A stretch of 64,000 nucleotides of DNA, from the NCBI GenBank assembly GCA_026225275.1, contig JAMFSL010000219.1, positions 1,459 through 65,458 on the forward strand, written 5' to 3'. Below are positions 19,478 through 28,726 of the stretch, in pieces; position 1 is the stretch's first letter; every line of letters begins with the position of its first letter. The notes below the pieces were generated by a model, which was not told where the DNA came from, made no database searches, and was given only the letters and a program-made list of their open reading frames with translations. The translations under genes and the position numbers were made by a program. This DNA comes from Puia dinghuensis (GTDB lineage Bacteria > Bacteroidota > Bacteroidia > Chitinophagales > Chitinophagaceae).

Positions 19478-21916
19478 ATGCCCCCAAAGACAAGTCGTCA
19501 TCTCGAAGGTGTGAAAAAATCTCTTTATTTTCTCTTGCTGGTATTCCCTTTTGCTGGTATGGCGCAAAGCAAGCCGGGTCCGGTTGGTCCAATTCTGATG
19601 GGCAAGATCATTGACGGCGAGACCAAACAGCCTATCCCGTCTGCGACGATCATTGTGTTGCATAGAGACTCTTCCGTTGCTACGCAAACCATCAGCCAGG
19701 CCGGCGGGGATTTTACGCTTAAAAATATGCCCGAAGATCCCTATATCCTGGAGATCAGTGTCGTCGGATACCAAACCTTTTCGAAAATGGTGCCTGGCAG
19801 CCATCGGGTAGCCGGCGGCGCCCCGCTCAATACAGGGACGATCAGGCTGACGCCCGTCGCCGCCCAGATGCAGACGGCTGTCGTAGTAGCCAGCAGGCCC
19901 GTTTTCAAGACGGAGATAGACAAGAAAGTATTTAATGTGACCAATAGTCTGGCCAGTAAGGGCGGCACCGCGCAGGACGCGCTGCGGCAAGTGCCTACGC
20001 TGCAGGTCGACGCGTCGGGGAATGTGTCGTTGCGTAACGGCGCACCGACCATCCTGCTGGATGGCAAACCGACACAGCTGACACTGGACCAGATCCCTGC
20101 CGATCAGATCGAGAGCATCGAGGTCATGCCTAATCCTTCTGCGAAATACGACGCGCAGGGCAACCATGGCATTGTGAATATCGTGCTGAAGAGGAACCGG
20201 AAGCCCGGCCTCAATGGTAACTTCACTGGTGTATGGAATTCTCTGCACGAGACGTATGCCTTCGCCAACCTGAACATTTACAAGGGCAAATGGAATTTCT
20301 CCATGAACTATATGGCTCACGGCCACCGGTCGGTTTCCAACACCACCACCATCCTCAATGATCTTTCTTCGAATTCCTCGGTCGTCCAGCAGGGGCATGC
20401 GGTGACCACCGGGCCTTTCCAGCAAGTGAGGGCCGGGCTGGACTTTAATATGGATGCATTAAACACTTTCAGCCTGAACGGCAATGTCGGGTTCGGTCAT
20501 CATCCCACCACCGGCGCGCAGGTGACCGATTACGAGCAGACGGGCGGGTTGCCGGATTCCACCAGTAACAGAACCTCGTACACCACCAACAGTTTTGTCT
20601 TCACCCATTTCAATTTCGATTACGCGCATACTTTCGCAAAGCATGACGAGAAGCTCACGGCCGACGCTGCACTGGAGACCTATTCGGGTCCCGATAACGG
20701 CCGGTACGCGATGCAATACCTGGACAAAGGCGGCAATTCTATGGGCAGCCCCTATCTGCAGCAATACACCGGCACGGGCAGCGCACATAATGTCTCTCTC
20801 CGATCTGACTATACCGATCCTCTGCTGAACGGGAATGCCAAGATAGATGCGGGGATCAAGGCCAATCTGAATGGCAGCCACAGCTTTAACGATTTCCAGG
20901 ATCTCCTCCCGCCGCAGGGATATGTCGTGGATACGAACGCCAGCTATAATTACAGCTATACCGATAATACCTATGCGGCTTACGGCAGCTTTACGGACAA
21001 GCTGGGGGCATTCAGCTATATGGCCGGACTACGATTTGAGCAATATGAATACACCGGCCACCTGCTGGATGATAACAGCAGTTTCGGCTACCATACCACG
21101 GGGTTCTACCCCAGCCTGTTCCTCACCGAGAAACTGGGCGAGAACAGCGATGTGCACCTGAACTATTCCCGCCGGGTGAACAGGCCGCAGTGGTGGCAGA
21201 TCACGCCGCAGACGAACTATTCCAATCCGCAGAACCCGCAAGTCGGCAACCCGGACATCCGGCCGGAAAATACCAATCTCGCAGAGCTGGCCTATAACAC
21301 CCAGATGGGGCATATCGGGCTGAACACTACTCTGTACCTGAAGAACACGCTGAACCCGATGATGGCGTACAATATTCCACTGGACAAGGATACGCTGCTC
21401 AGTACCTACGAGAACGGCAACTACACGAATATTTACGGTGCGGAGATCATCCTCCGGACGCCGGTGACGCCCTGGTGGAATGCGACGACCAATTTCAACT
21501 TTTTCCAAACGGACATCAATGCGAATAATTTGTCGCAAGGACTGTCGAATAATGGCTTTAGCTGGTTTGCCAAGCTCAATTCCGACATGAAGCTGATGAA
21601 GATCTATACCTTTCAGCTGACGGGTAATTACAATGCGGCCAATGTGGTGGCGCAGGGAAAGGTACTGGCTGCGGGTGGGATGGATGCCGCCATCAAACGG
21701 GAATTCATGAAGAACAATGCGGGTACGCTGGTCCTCAGCCTTTCGGATATCTTTAATACCGAAGAGTCAAGGGTTCAAACCTATTCACAGGGTGTCTTCT
21801 TTCAGGATGCCATTACGAAGCCCGAAACAAGGGTGTTCAAAATAAGCTTTACGTATAGCTTCGGCAAGGAACTGACTGGTGAACGCCACAAGGTTACTTC
21901 AGAATCGAACGGCTGA
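19478..21916 (+). CDS. TonB-dependent-receptor-like outer-membrane beta-barrel protein with an N-terminal carboxypeptidase-regulatory-like domain
   Basis: 812 aa with a signal peptide, a CarbopepD_reg-like segment (GKIIDGETKQPIPSATIIVL...GYQT), a plug-like region (VPTLQVDASGNVSLRNG) and an alternating beta-strand C-terminal half. Confidence 0.7.
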   Translation: MPPKTSRHLEGVKKSLYFLLLVFPFAGMAQSKPGPVGPILMGKIIDGETKQPIPSATIIVLHRDSSVATQTISQAGGDFTLKNMPEDPYILEISVVGYQTFSKMVPGSHRVAGGAPLNTGTIRLTPVAAQMQTAVVVASRPVFKTEIDKKVFNVTNSLASKGGTAQDALRQVPTLQVDASGNVSLRNGAPTILLDGKPTQLTLDQIPADQIESIEVMPNPSAKYDAQGNHGIVNIVLKRNRKPGLNGNFTGVWNSLHETYAFANLNIYKGKWNFSMNYMAHGHRSVSNTTTILNDLSSNSSVVQQGHAVTTGPFQQVRAGLDFNMDALNTFSLNGNVGFGHHPTTGAQVTDYEQTGGLPDSTSNRTSYTTNSFVFTHFNFDYAHTFAKHDEKLTADAALETYSGPDNGRYAMQYLDKGGNSMGSPYLQQYTGTGSAHNVSLRSDYTDPLLNGNAKIDAGIKANLNGSHSFNDFQDLLPPQGYVVDTNASYNYSYTDNTYAAYGSFTDKLGAFSYMAGLRFEQYEYTGHLLDDNSSFGYHTTGFYPSLFLTEKLGENSDVHLNYSRRVNRPQWWQITPQTNYSNPQNPQVGNPDIRPENTNLAELAYNTQMGHIGLNTTLYLKNTLNPMMAYNIPLDKDTLLSTYENGNYTNIYGAEIILRTPVTPWWNATTNFNFFQTDINANNLSQGLSNNGFSWFAKLNSDMKLMKIYTFQLTGNYNAANVVAQGKVLAAGGMDAAIKREFMKNNAGTLVLSLSDIFNTEESRVQTYSQGVFFQDAITKPETRVFKISFTYSFGKELTGERHKVTSESNG

Positions 21917-23048
21917 TAACGATACGCTGGACCTCGCTGGTGCCTTCATAGATCTGCGTGATCTTGGCGTCGCGCATCATTCTTTCGACGTGGTATTCTT
22001 TTACATATCCGTATCCGCCATGGATCTGTACAGCTTCAGTCGCAGTCCACATGGCGGTTTCAGAGGCGAAGACCTTGGCCATGGAAGAGCTTAGCCCAAA
22101 ATCGAGATGCTGGTCTTTTTCCCAGGCGGCACGAAGACAGAGCAGCCGGGAGGCTTCGATACGAGTGGCCATATCCGCCAGTTTGAACTGAATGGCCTGG
22201 TGCTGCATGATCTCCTTACCGAACGCCTTGCGTTGTTTGGAATAGTCCAATGCCAATTCATACGATCCCGAAGCGATGCCCAACGCCTGGGAGGCGATGC
22301 CGATCCTTCCGCCCGACAATGTCCGCATCGCAAATTTAAAACCGAAGCCATCTTCTCCGATGCGATTTTCTTTCGGCACTATGACGTCGCTAAATGAAAT
22401 GCTGTGGGTGTCGCTGCCGCGGATACCTAATTTATTTTCCTTCGGACCCACAACAATCCCCTTCGAATTTTTTTCTACGATGAACACATTGATCCCATGA
22501 CTGCCTTTCGAAGCATCCGTCTGCGCGATGACGAGGTAGACGGAGGCCGAGTTGCCGTTGGTGATCCAGTTCTTGACGCCATTGATCACGTAATGATCAC
22601 CTTTGTCTTCGGCTGTCGTATGTTGGGAGGTCGCGTCGCTGCCGGCCTCGGGTTCACTGAGCAGGAAGGCGCCGATGTACAGTTCCCCATCTTTTTGCCC
22701 CCGGGCCAGCGGGGTGAGGTATTTTTGCTTTTGAGCGTCTGTGCCGAACTGATCGAGACCCCAGCAGACGAGGCTGTTATTGACGCTCATGCAAACGCTG
22801 ACGCTGGCGTCGATCTTACTGATCTCTTCCATAGCCAGTACATAGCTGACGGTATCCATGCCTGCGCCGCCATAATCCGGGCTGACCATCATCCCCATAA
22901 AGCCCAGTTCGCCGAGCTTGAGGACCTGTTCCTTTGGAAATTTCTGGTGTTCATCCCTTTCGATCACCCCCGGCAGGCATTCGGTACGGGCGAAGTCCCT
23001 GGCGGCCTTCTGGATCATCAAATGCTCTTCTGACAATTGGAAATGCAT
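21894..23048 (-). CDS. Acyl-CoA dehydrogenase (short/medium-chain type)
   Basis: 384 aa with the motifs GAFLLSEPEAGSD, GGRIGIASQALG and IYEGTSEVQRIVISR. Confidence 0.9.
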   Translation of the reverse strand: MHFQLSEEHLMIQKAARDFARTECLPGVIERDEHQKFPKEQVLKLGELGFMGMMVSPDYGGAGMDTVSYVLAMEEISKIDASVSVCMSVNNSLVCWGLDQFGTDAQKQKYLTPLARGQKDGELYIGAFLLSEPEAGSDATSQHTTAEDKGDHYVINGVKNWITNGNSASVYLVIAQTDASKGSHGINVFIVEKNSKGIVVGPKENKLGIRGSDTHSISFSDVIVPKENRIGEDGFGFKFAMRTLSGGRIGIASQALGIASGSYELALDYSKQRKAFGKEIMQHQAIQFKLADMATRIEASRLLCLRAAWEKDQHLDFGLSSSMAKVFASETAMWTATEAVQIHGGYGYVKEYHVERMMRDAKITQIYEGTSEVQRIVISRSILK

Positions 23049-23169
23049 ATGGGCAACTGTTTTATGGTTTGTTACCCAAAAATAATTGAAAGTTGTTTAG
23101 GAAACTAACAGTTGGTAGTATTTTTAATAGGGAACTATATACGAGTTGGGACAGACAAAGAAAATGTTC

Positions 23170-23400
23170 TTATTTTCCCTGAAAGTACTTTGAAGGGATT
23201 TGGAATTCCCCGTTGACATGGCGAAATCCCTCGAGTTTTCTGATAGCCTCTATTAATTCATGCCGGGGAATGGTCGCCAGCATTTGAGACAATCCCACGG
23301 ATGAAATGGTCTGATAGGGCTCAGATAATTCGGGCTCCAACAGCCTAAACATTACATCTATAACTTTTTCCTGTATTTCCCTTTCTCTTTCTGGTGCCAT
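23170..23400 (-). CDS. Small hypothetical protein (76 aa)
   Basis: An ORF in an AT-rich islet. No recognisable motif. Confidence 0.3.
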   Translation of the reverse strand: MAPEREREIQEKVIDVMFRLLEPELSEPYQTISSVGLSQMLATIPRHELIEAIRKLEGFRHVNGEFQIPSKYFQGK

Positions 23401-23472
23401 TTATGTTCCTAAAATTAGCCAAATGCCGCCGATAAAAAACCGCCCCATTGCGGGCAGTTGTACCTTTACAAT

Positions 23473-23685
23473 TCACTTGCTTTTTAAAAGGATGAAAAAG
23501 CCTGCGACTAAGGCAATCGCGCCGAAAACTGTGTTGATGAATCTTTCATAGTCGCGCCCAAAAATCTTTTTGCCGAGGCCAGTACTCTTCCAAGAAGTCC
23601 AAATCATGGGCCCTTTGTTGGCAATTCCCATAAAAAGACTTATAGCACCAAGCAAAATCAAAACTATTGCATCAACTAAATTCAT
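23473..23685 (-). CDS. Small two-TM membrane protein (70 aa)
   Basis: It has two clear hydrophobic helices (AIVLILLGAISLFMGI and VFGAIALVAGFFILL). Confidence 0.4.
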   Translation of the reverse strand: MNLVDAIVLILLGAISLFMGIANKGPMIWTSWKSTGLGKKIFGRDYERFINTVFGAIALVAGFFILLKSK

Positions 23686-23716
23686 TTATCGTGGGATAAC
23701 TATATATCAGATGAGA

Positions 23717-23896
23717 TTAGTAGGAATTTTGCTGCTGTTTCTTGTCCGATGCTTTTTTAGAAATCCGATCTAATAGTTTAAAGAATAGAACTATTCCGAA
23801 TGCTATAATGAAGGGAGATAAGAGGACAACTACGGCAAATTCGTAAAAATCCTTTGCAGGCATACCTACTGCATCCAAAAGAGTTATGGCGGTCAT
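23717..23896 (-). CDS. Small single-TM protein (59 aa; below the ORF-track cutoff)
   Basis: My own translation of the minus strand gives MTAITLLDAVGMPAKDFYEFAVVVLLSPFIIAFGIVLFFKLLDRISKKASDKKQQQNSY. It is co-oriented with the two small ORFs downstream. Confidence 0.25.
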   Translation of the reverse strand: MTAITLLDAVGMPAKDFYEFAVVVLLSPFIIAFGIVLFFKLLDRISKKASDKKQQQNSY

Positions 23897-24023
23897 TTCT
23901 ACTTTTTAGCTGCTTTCTTAGCTTTTACAATGATATAAAGTTAAACAAAAAACCGTTCGAAGACCAAAGCGGTTCAATAGTGTTCATAACCAATCCGCGG
24001 CAGTCTGCAAACAGCATCGCATT

Positions 24024-24527
24024 TCAGTTCGACGGAATACCATTGGCGCCAGTGTTTACGTAAGCGAACGTCATGATCTGCGGTTCAGCAGGCGTCTGAT
24101 AGGGACCCGTGGCACCGGGAATGATAAAGTTCTTGGACAACTGCAAGCCGTTTGGAGCGAGCTGCACGAAATATTCCGAAGGATTGGTTGAATTGAAGAA
24201 GACCGACTGGGCATAATCCGCAGTGTTGAGAGCGGCGGACGAGGTAACGACTAAAATAGTGTCCTGCCATTTCAAGGTTCCGGTGGCCCTTTCCTCGCCA
24301 TTGAGCGAAAGAATGAAGGTATCATTCGCGGAAAAAGTAATGACAACAGAAGAGTCGCGCGGAGTGTAAAAGGTATCCGGATCCGGGTTGGTAGTATATT
24401 GCCATTCCCATTCCCCGGTTATCGAGGGATGAGGGGCCGATAAAGAAGTTGAATGATCCTTTTTGCAGGACACCGACAGGAAAAGGGCTGACAGGATAAA
24501 GGCCGGGAGGCCTATTCGCAGGTTCAT
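24024..24527 (-). CDS. Hypothetical lipoprotein
   Basis: I chose the start at the internal Met (MNLRIGLPAFILSALFLSVSC) because it gives a signal peptide plus lipobox Cys. The mature part is beta-rich. Confidence 0.5.
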   Translation of the reverse strand: MNLRIGLPAFILSALFLSVSCKKDHSTSLSAPHPSITGEWEWQYTTNPDPDTFYTPRDSSVVITFSANDTFILSLNGEERATGTLKWQDTILVVTSSAALNTADYAQSVFFNSTNPSEYFVQLAPNGLQLSKNFIIPGATGPYQTPAEPQIMTFAYVNTGANGIPSN

Positions 24528-24615
24528 ACTCAATGTATTTCCCGAATTGACAAGCAGCCTGTCCATAACGTTGCATCGGGTCGTTTGGTCCAGGAAGACC
24601 CAACGCGCGGCGGTC

Positions 24616-25125
24616 TTAGATGATGCGCCCCGCCTTTTTATCCAGCAGTCCTATCGCGGTCTTGAAAATAATGATGAAAAGCCCGGCTTCTTCCTCCGTA
24701 AAATTGCTTTCTTCCTCCTCCTCGTCGTCGTCGCTGTAAATCGTTGCGGCGGCAAATTGAAGCAATTGCGGCTGACAAAAGGAGTCAATGACGGCCATGG
24801 CGTTCGTCTCATCGAATCCGTCGTGAAAGACTTTCTCCATTTCATCGAACTCCTTGTTGAAGGCGGCCTCGAATTCCTTCTCCGAGATCGGAGCAACACC
24901 CTCGCCCAACTCCCGAAAGCTAAGCAGGATAACGGTCAGGACGTAGGCGACATCTTCCCTGGCGTCGGGCACCTGCAGTTCTCTGCTCTCCCCCAAAACA
25001 TATCCCACCAGGGCAGGCTGCTCCCTCGCGAATTCATCCCATACCTTTCCGATCCCGTCCTCATCCATCTGCTGGATCCGGTCATTTACCAAATCGATCG
25101 TCTCGTCGGTAATCTGGCGCATCAC
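24616..25125 (-). CDS. Hypothetical acidic cytoplasmic protein
   Basis: 169 aa, helical, with an acidic run (DDDEEEEE). Its composition is more protein-like than the overlapping + strand ORF. Confidence 0.5.
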   Translation of the reverse strand: MMRQITDETIDLVNDRIQQMDEDGIGKVWDEFAREQPALVGYVLGESRELQVPDAREDVAYVLTVILLSFRELGEGVAPISEKEFEAAFNKEFDEMEKVFHDGFDETNAMAVIDSFCQPQLLQFAAATIYSDDDEEEEESNFTEEEAGLFIIIFKTAIGLLDKKAGRII

Positions 25126-25326
25126 ATTTTTTTTTCAAACCTACGCATAATTGTGTAATGGACAATCGGTCACCCGCTTGATTAATTTATGGACTATATG
25201 GCAAAAGCCTTACCTTTATCGGCCTTTTTCGCGCCGCGCCATCCCGGCGTGGCAACTCAGTTATGATGAAGAACAATCCACGCACATGATGGCCAACAGC
25301 CTACATGAAGACAAACAGCCGCCATT

Positions 25327-26781
25327 ATGACAAACAACCGTAAGGTTAAGATAGCCGTTGCAGTTTCCTCCGAAGTGGGGCGGCTCAGGCGTGTCCTCGT
25401 CCACAGTCCCGACAGCGGGCTCGGCAAAGTGGTGCCTTCCAAAGCGCAGGACTGGCTTTTTGAAGACATCGTTCACCTGGATACTATCCGCCGCAAGGAG
25501 TATGACTTCTATACCAAGATCCTGTTGTATTTTCTGGACCCGGAAAAGATCCGTGGCCGCCTGGCAGAGATAGACCACGAACAGCAGCGGCGGGCCTTTT
25601 ACAAACCGGGCGATGAACAATTCTACCGCTCGGAAAAGGTGGTGGAACTGCAATGGTTGCTGGCCGATATCCTGACCAGCCATGAAATCAAGCTGAAACT
25701 GGTGGCTTCGGTCTGCGCCATCGAAGGCTGCTCCTACGACACGCAAAGGCAGCTGCAAGAATTGGACTCCGTCCAGCTGGCCAAGACCTTTATCAGCGGC
25801 TCGATGAATGACGACCGGATGCTGTTCGCCCCGATCCCGAATTTCATTTTTACCCGCGACATCGGCATTGTCATCAATCACCATGTACTGCTGAATAAAC
25901 CGGCCAAGAAGGCCCGCACCCGGGAAGCCCTGCTGGCAAAATATATCTTTTTCAATCATCCTTTGTTTGAGGAATATCACGACAAGATCATCGAACTGGC
26001 CGACACCCACCATCATTTCCTGCTGCCCAGGGAAGGTGATGACCACAAGGTCACCCTGGAAGGCGGAGATGTCATGGTCGTCAGCAAGGACCACCTGCTG
26101 ATCGGTGTCAGCGAACGCACCTCCCTGGAAGCGGCCCACCAGGCTATCAAGGTGCTGTTCGAGAAGAATGTGGTCAAGAAGATCACGATCATCCGAATTC
26201 CTAAGAAGCGGGATTTTATGCATATAGACACGATCTTCACCCAGATCAAGCGGAATGTCTGGATACTGCTGGGTACCTTCTCTAAAAAAGCCAACAAGCG
26301 GGAAGATGAAGACGAAGTGCAACGGATACTGGAAAATAATAAGAAAGAAGACAAGCTCCATATCATCCAGTTCAGGAAGAAGGACCCCGGTAATCCCGAA
26401 TATTTCGACAACCTCGAAGACCTCCTGACCGATATCAGCAAGAACGACCTGGAATGTACCGAAAAGGTAAAATTCATCTATTCGGGAAATAATGAATTCC
26501 CCTTCGATGCCCGCGAACAATGGACCGATTCCTGCAACCTGCTTGCGCTGAAAGAAGGCGTCGTGCTGGGATATGACCGCAACGATAAAACGGTGGAGGC
26601 CTTCAGAGCAGGTGGTTTCGACATCATTCATGTGGAAGAACTGATCGGTCGCCTGGAAAGAGGTGAGGCCAACCCCGACAACATGGAGAACACCCTCATC
26701 CTGATGCCTTCGGCAGAACTGTCCCGGGCCCGCGGCGGGTTTCATTGCATGAGTATGCCTTTGCATCGGGACAATCTTTGA
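25327..26781 (+). CDS. Arginine-deiminase-family (guanidino-group-modifying enzyme) protein, long form
   Basis: 484 aa. The N-terminus SEVGRLRRVLVHSP and the C-terminal catalytic-Cys motif GGFHCMSMPL are typical of ArcA-type enzymes. Confidence 0.7.
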   Translation: MTNNRKVKIAVAVSSEVGRLRRVLVHSPDSGLGKVVPSKAQDWLFEDIVHLDTIRRKEYDFYTKILLYFLDPEKIRGRLAEIDHEQQRRAFYKPGDEQFYRSEKVVELQWLLADILTSHEIKLKLVASVCAIEGCSYDTQRQLQELDSVQLAKTFISGSMNDDRMLFAPIPNFIFTRDIGIVINHHVLLNKPAKKARTREALLAKYIFFNHPLFEEYHDKIIELADTHHHFLLPREGDDHKVTLEGGDVMVVSKDHLLIGVSERTSLEAAHQAIKVLFEKNVVKKITIIRIPKKRDFMHIDTIFTQIKRNVWILLGTFSKKANKREDEDEVQRILENNKKEDKLHIIQFRKKDPGNPEYFDNLEDLLTDISKNDLECTEKVKFIYSGNNEFPFDAREQWTDSCNLLALKEGVVLGYDRNDKTVEAFRAGGFDIIHVEELIGRLERGEANPDNMENTLILMPSAELSRARGGFHCMSMPLHRDNL

Positions 26782-26788
26782 GCCAATT

Positions 26789-27709
26789 ATGCAAACAACT
26801 TCCCACATCCTGATGATACGGCCGGTGAATTTCAGCTTCAACGCTGAGACGGCGGTTAATAATGCTTTTCAGCGAGACCCCGGTGGCGCTGGTGACACCG
26901 ACGCTCAAAGAGAGGCGCTTGATGAATTCAACCACTTCGTGACCCTGCTGCGCGACAATGGTGTGGACGTAACCGTTATTGACGATACCCCTAAGCCTTA
27001 TACCCCCGACAGCATTTTTCCCAATAACTGGGTCTCCTTTCATGAGCAGGGGCTGGTATGCCTTTATCCAATGTTTGCCGTCAACCGCCGGCTGGAGCGG
27101 AAGCCTGTCGTCCTGGAACAGTTGGGACGCGCCTTTCGCATCGGGGAGACCCTGGATTTCAGCCACTATGAACAGGAAGGTATTTTCCTGGAAGGAACGG
27201 GAAGCATGGTGCTCGACAGGGATAACAAAATAGCGTATGCCTGCCTGTCTCCCCGGACAGACAAGAGCGTCCTGCTGGACTTTTGCGGGAAGACGGGTTA
27301 TACGCCGGAAGTGTTTGCGGCTACGGACAGCGCGCACCAGGCGATTTACCATACCAATGTCATGATGTGTGTCGCTGACCGTTATGTTGTGGTCTGCCTG
27401 GATTCATTGCCGGTCCCGGCCGAACGACAGCATCTGTCCGATACCATCCGATCTTCCGGGAAGGAGCTCATTACTATCAGTCTTCAGCAGATGGACCGGT
27501 TTGCCGGCAATATGCTGCAGGTGCATAACCGGCAGGGCGAACGGCTGTTGGTCATGTCTTCACAGGCCTATCACTCCCTCAGCCCGCAGCAGATCGGGCA
27601 GCTTTCTTCTTATAACCAAATCTTGCATTCTTCCCTTACCACTATCGAAACCAATGGCGGCGGAAGCGCGCGGTGTATGATGGCGGAGATCCATCTGGAG
27701 ACGTATTGA
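26789..27709 (+). CDS. Amidinotransferase-fold hydrolase, CtlX (citrulline utilization)-like
   Basis: 306 aa. The start TSHILMIRPVNFSFN and the C-terminal GGGSARCMMAEI catalytic-Cys motif fit this fold. It starts 8 nt after the ADI-like gene. Confidence 0.65.
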   Translation: MQTTSHILMIRPVNFSFNAETAVNNAFQRDPGGAGDTDAQREALDEFNHFVTLLRDNGVDVTVIDDTPKPYTPDSIFPNNWVSFHEQGLVCLYPMFAVNRRLERKPVVLEQLGRAFRIGETLDFSHYEQEGIFLEGTGSMVLDRDNKIAYACLSPRTDKSVLLDFCGKTGYTPEVFAATDSAHQAIYHTNVMMCVADRYVVVCLDSLPVPAERQHLSDTIRSSGKELITISLQQMDRFAGNMLQVHNRQGERLLVMSSQAYHSLSPQQIGQLSSYNQILHSSLTTIETNGGGSARCMMAEIHLETY

Positions 27710-27743
27710 TTAGTTTCCGGCTTTTTGGACTATAGATATTTAT

Positions 27744-27800
27744 TTTAAAGTTAATTTTGCGCGATAATTTTGGAGGAGTAATGAATAAATTAACTTTAAA
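27744..27800. promoter_or_regulatory. 14-bp perfect inverted repeat (TTTAAAGTTAATTT ... AAATTAACTTTAAA) directly upstream of the toxin-like gene; candidate operator
   Basis: 27744-27757 is the exact reverse complement of 27787-27800, with a 29-nt spacer. The right arm abuts the GTG at 27801. Confidence 0.4.
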
Positions 27801-28281
27801 GTGCATAACTTTGCTACGGTTCAGGAATTTGCTCGCTTTAGGACGGTGACATATTACACGTTGAAGGGCGAAGATGCAGCCTTGTCAGAAACGGATGATT
27901 TTCTTGCCAGAGTAAAACAAGTACCCCAATACGATAACCAAAGAAAACAATTGGTAAAGTCAATAGAGTATCTGGGGAATCATAAAGAAGGGGCAGCTTA
28001 TGAAGTATTCAGACATGAAAGAATTTGTGTGGCATTGCCACCCAAGGCGAAATACTCTGGACACGGACATTGACCTTCGTCTTTATTGTCATTGGGTGAA
28101 TAATCGGATTATGATACTCTATAATGGAGGAATCAAAACGACCCATCGCGCCCAGGATTGTCCAAATGTATCGCGTCATTTTTATAATGCGCAAAGTTGG
28201 ACGAAACAATTGATCGAAATAAGGATTGAAACAAGAGGACAAGACATAACGAATTTAGAAGAATTATACATTAAAAAATAA
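27801..28281 (+). pseudogene. Gp49/HigB-like (RelE-fold) toxin gene split by a +1 frameshift
   Basis: Two overlapping ORFs (27801..28073 in frame 0, 28000..28281 in frame 1) together give one toxin-like layout. The N-terminal part is ...VTYYTLKGE...DDFL...; the C-terminal part is DIDLRLYCHWVNNRIMILYNGGIKT. The frames must join near 28040-28060. Confidence 0.5.
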
Positions 28282-28286
28282 TAGTC

Positions 28287-28718
28287 ATGGCATCCAAAAT
28301 CTTTGAAGAAATGCTGAAGGAGGTCGATCCTGAAAACAGTCAATTCGTCGAAAAGAACATGGCAATTAGTTTTCAGGTCAGGCATATTCTCGCTGTCCAC
28401 CCGACGATCAATTCCCAGAAGGCTTTGGCACAGGCTTTGGGTAAAGAGCCCAGCGAGATCAGCAAATGGCTGAGCGGCCTGCACAACATCGGGCTGGAAA
28501 ACATCACCAAAATGGAGGTCGCTTTGGGACGCGACATCATCCTGACGGATGAACAGGCCAGGGAAAGGTATGACAGGCCGGCCGGAGGCTACCAGGTTTT
28601 CGAGGTCTCCCGTTATGCAGAAAAGGTGAACAACCAGGTACATCATCCCGGCTGGAGCGGCAAGAGAAATATTACCTATACCGCTATAGAGGGAAAAAAT
28701 TCCGGTTTACCACATTAA
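28287..28718 (+). CDS. XRE-family helix-turn-helix protein (HigA-like antitoxin) with a roughly 50-aa C-terminal tail
   Basis: 143 aa with the HTH SQKALAQALGKEPSEISKWLSGLHNIGLENITKMEVALG. It starts 5 nt after the toxin-like ORF. Confidence 0.65.
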   Translation: MASKIFEEMLKEVDPENSQFVEKNMAISFQVRHILAVHPTINSQKALAQALGKEPSEISKWLSGLHNIGLENITKMEVALGRDIILTDEQARERYDRPAGGYQVFEVSRYAEKVNNQVHHPGWSGKRNITYTAIEGKNSGLPH

Positions 28719-28726
28719 TCTGAGTC

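Noticed and set aside
21894-21916. A 23-nt overlap of the convergent 3' ends of the outer-membrane barrel gene and the acyl-CoA dehydrogenase gene
   Set aside because: Convergent end overlaps of this size are common and need no special explanation.
24463-25158. A 231-aa + strand ORF overlapping the 24616..25125 minus-strand gene
   Set aside because: Its translation is Arg/Leu-rich and irregular. The minus-strand product looks like a real acidic helical protein.
25261-26841. A 526-aa ORF antisense to the whole ADI-like gene
   Set aside because: Its codons are exactly in phase with the sense codons, so it stays open simply because the sense gene avoids TTA, CTA and TCA. The translated sequence has no protein-like motifs, while the sense strand has clear ADI motifs.
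27781-27849. A 22-codon ORF preceded by GGAGGAG upstream of, and overlapping, the toxin-like gene
   Set aside because: The spacing to the ATG is short, there is no recognisable product, and Bacteroidota rarely use SD sites. I mention it only as context in the operator finding.
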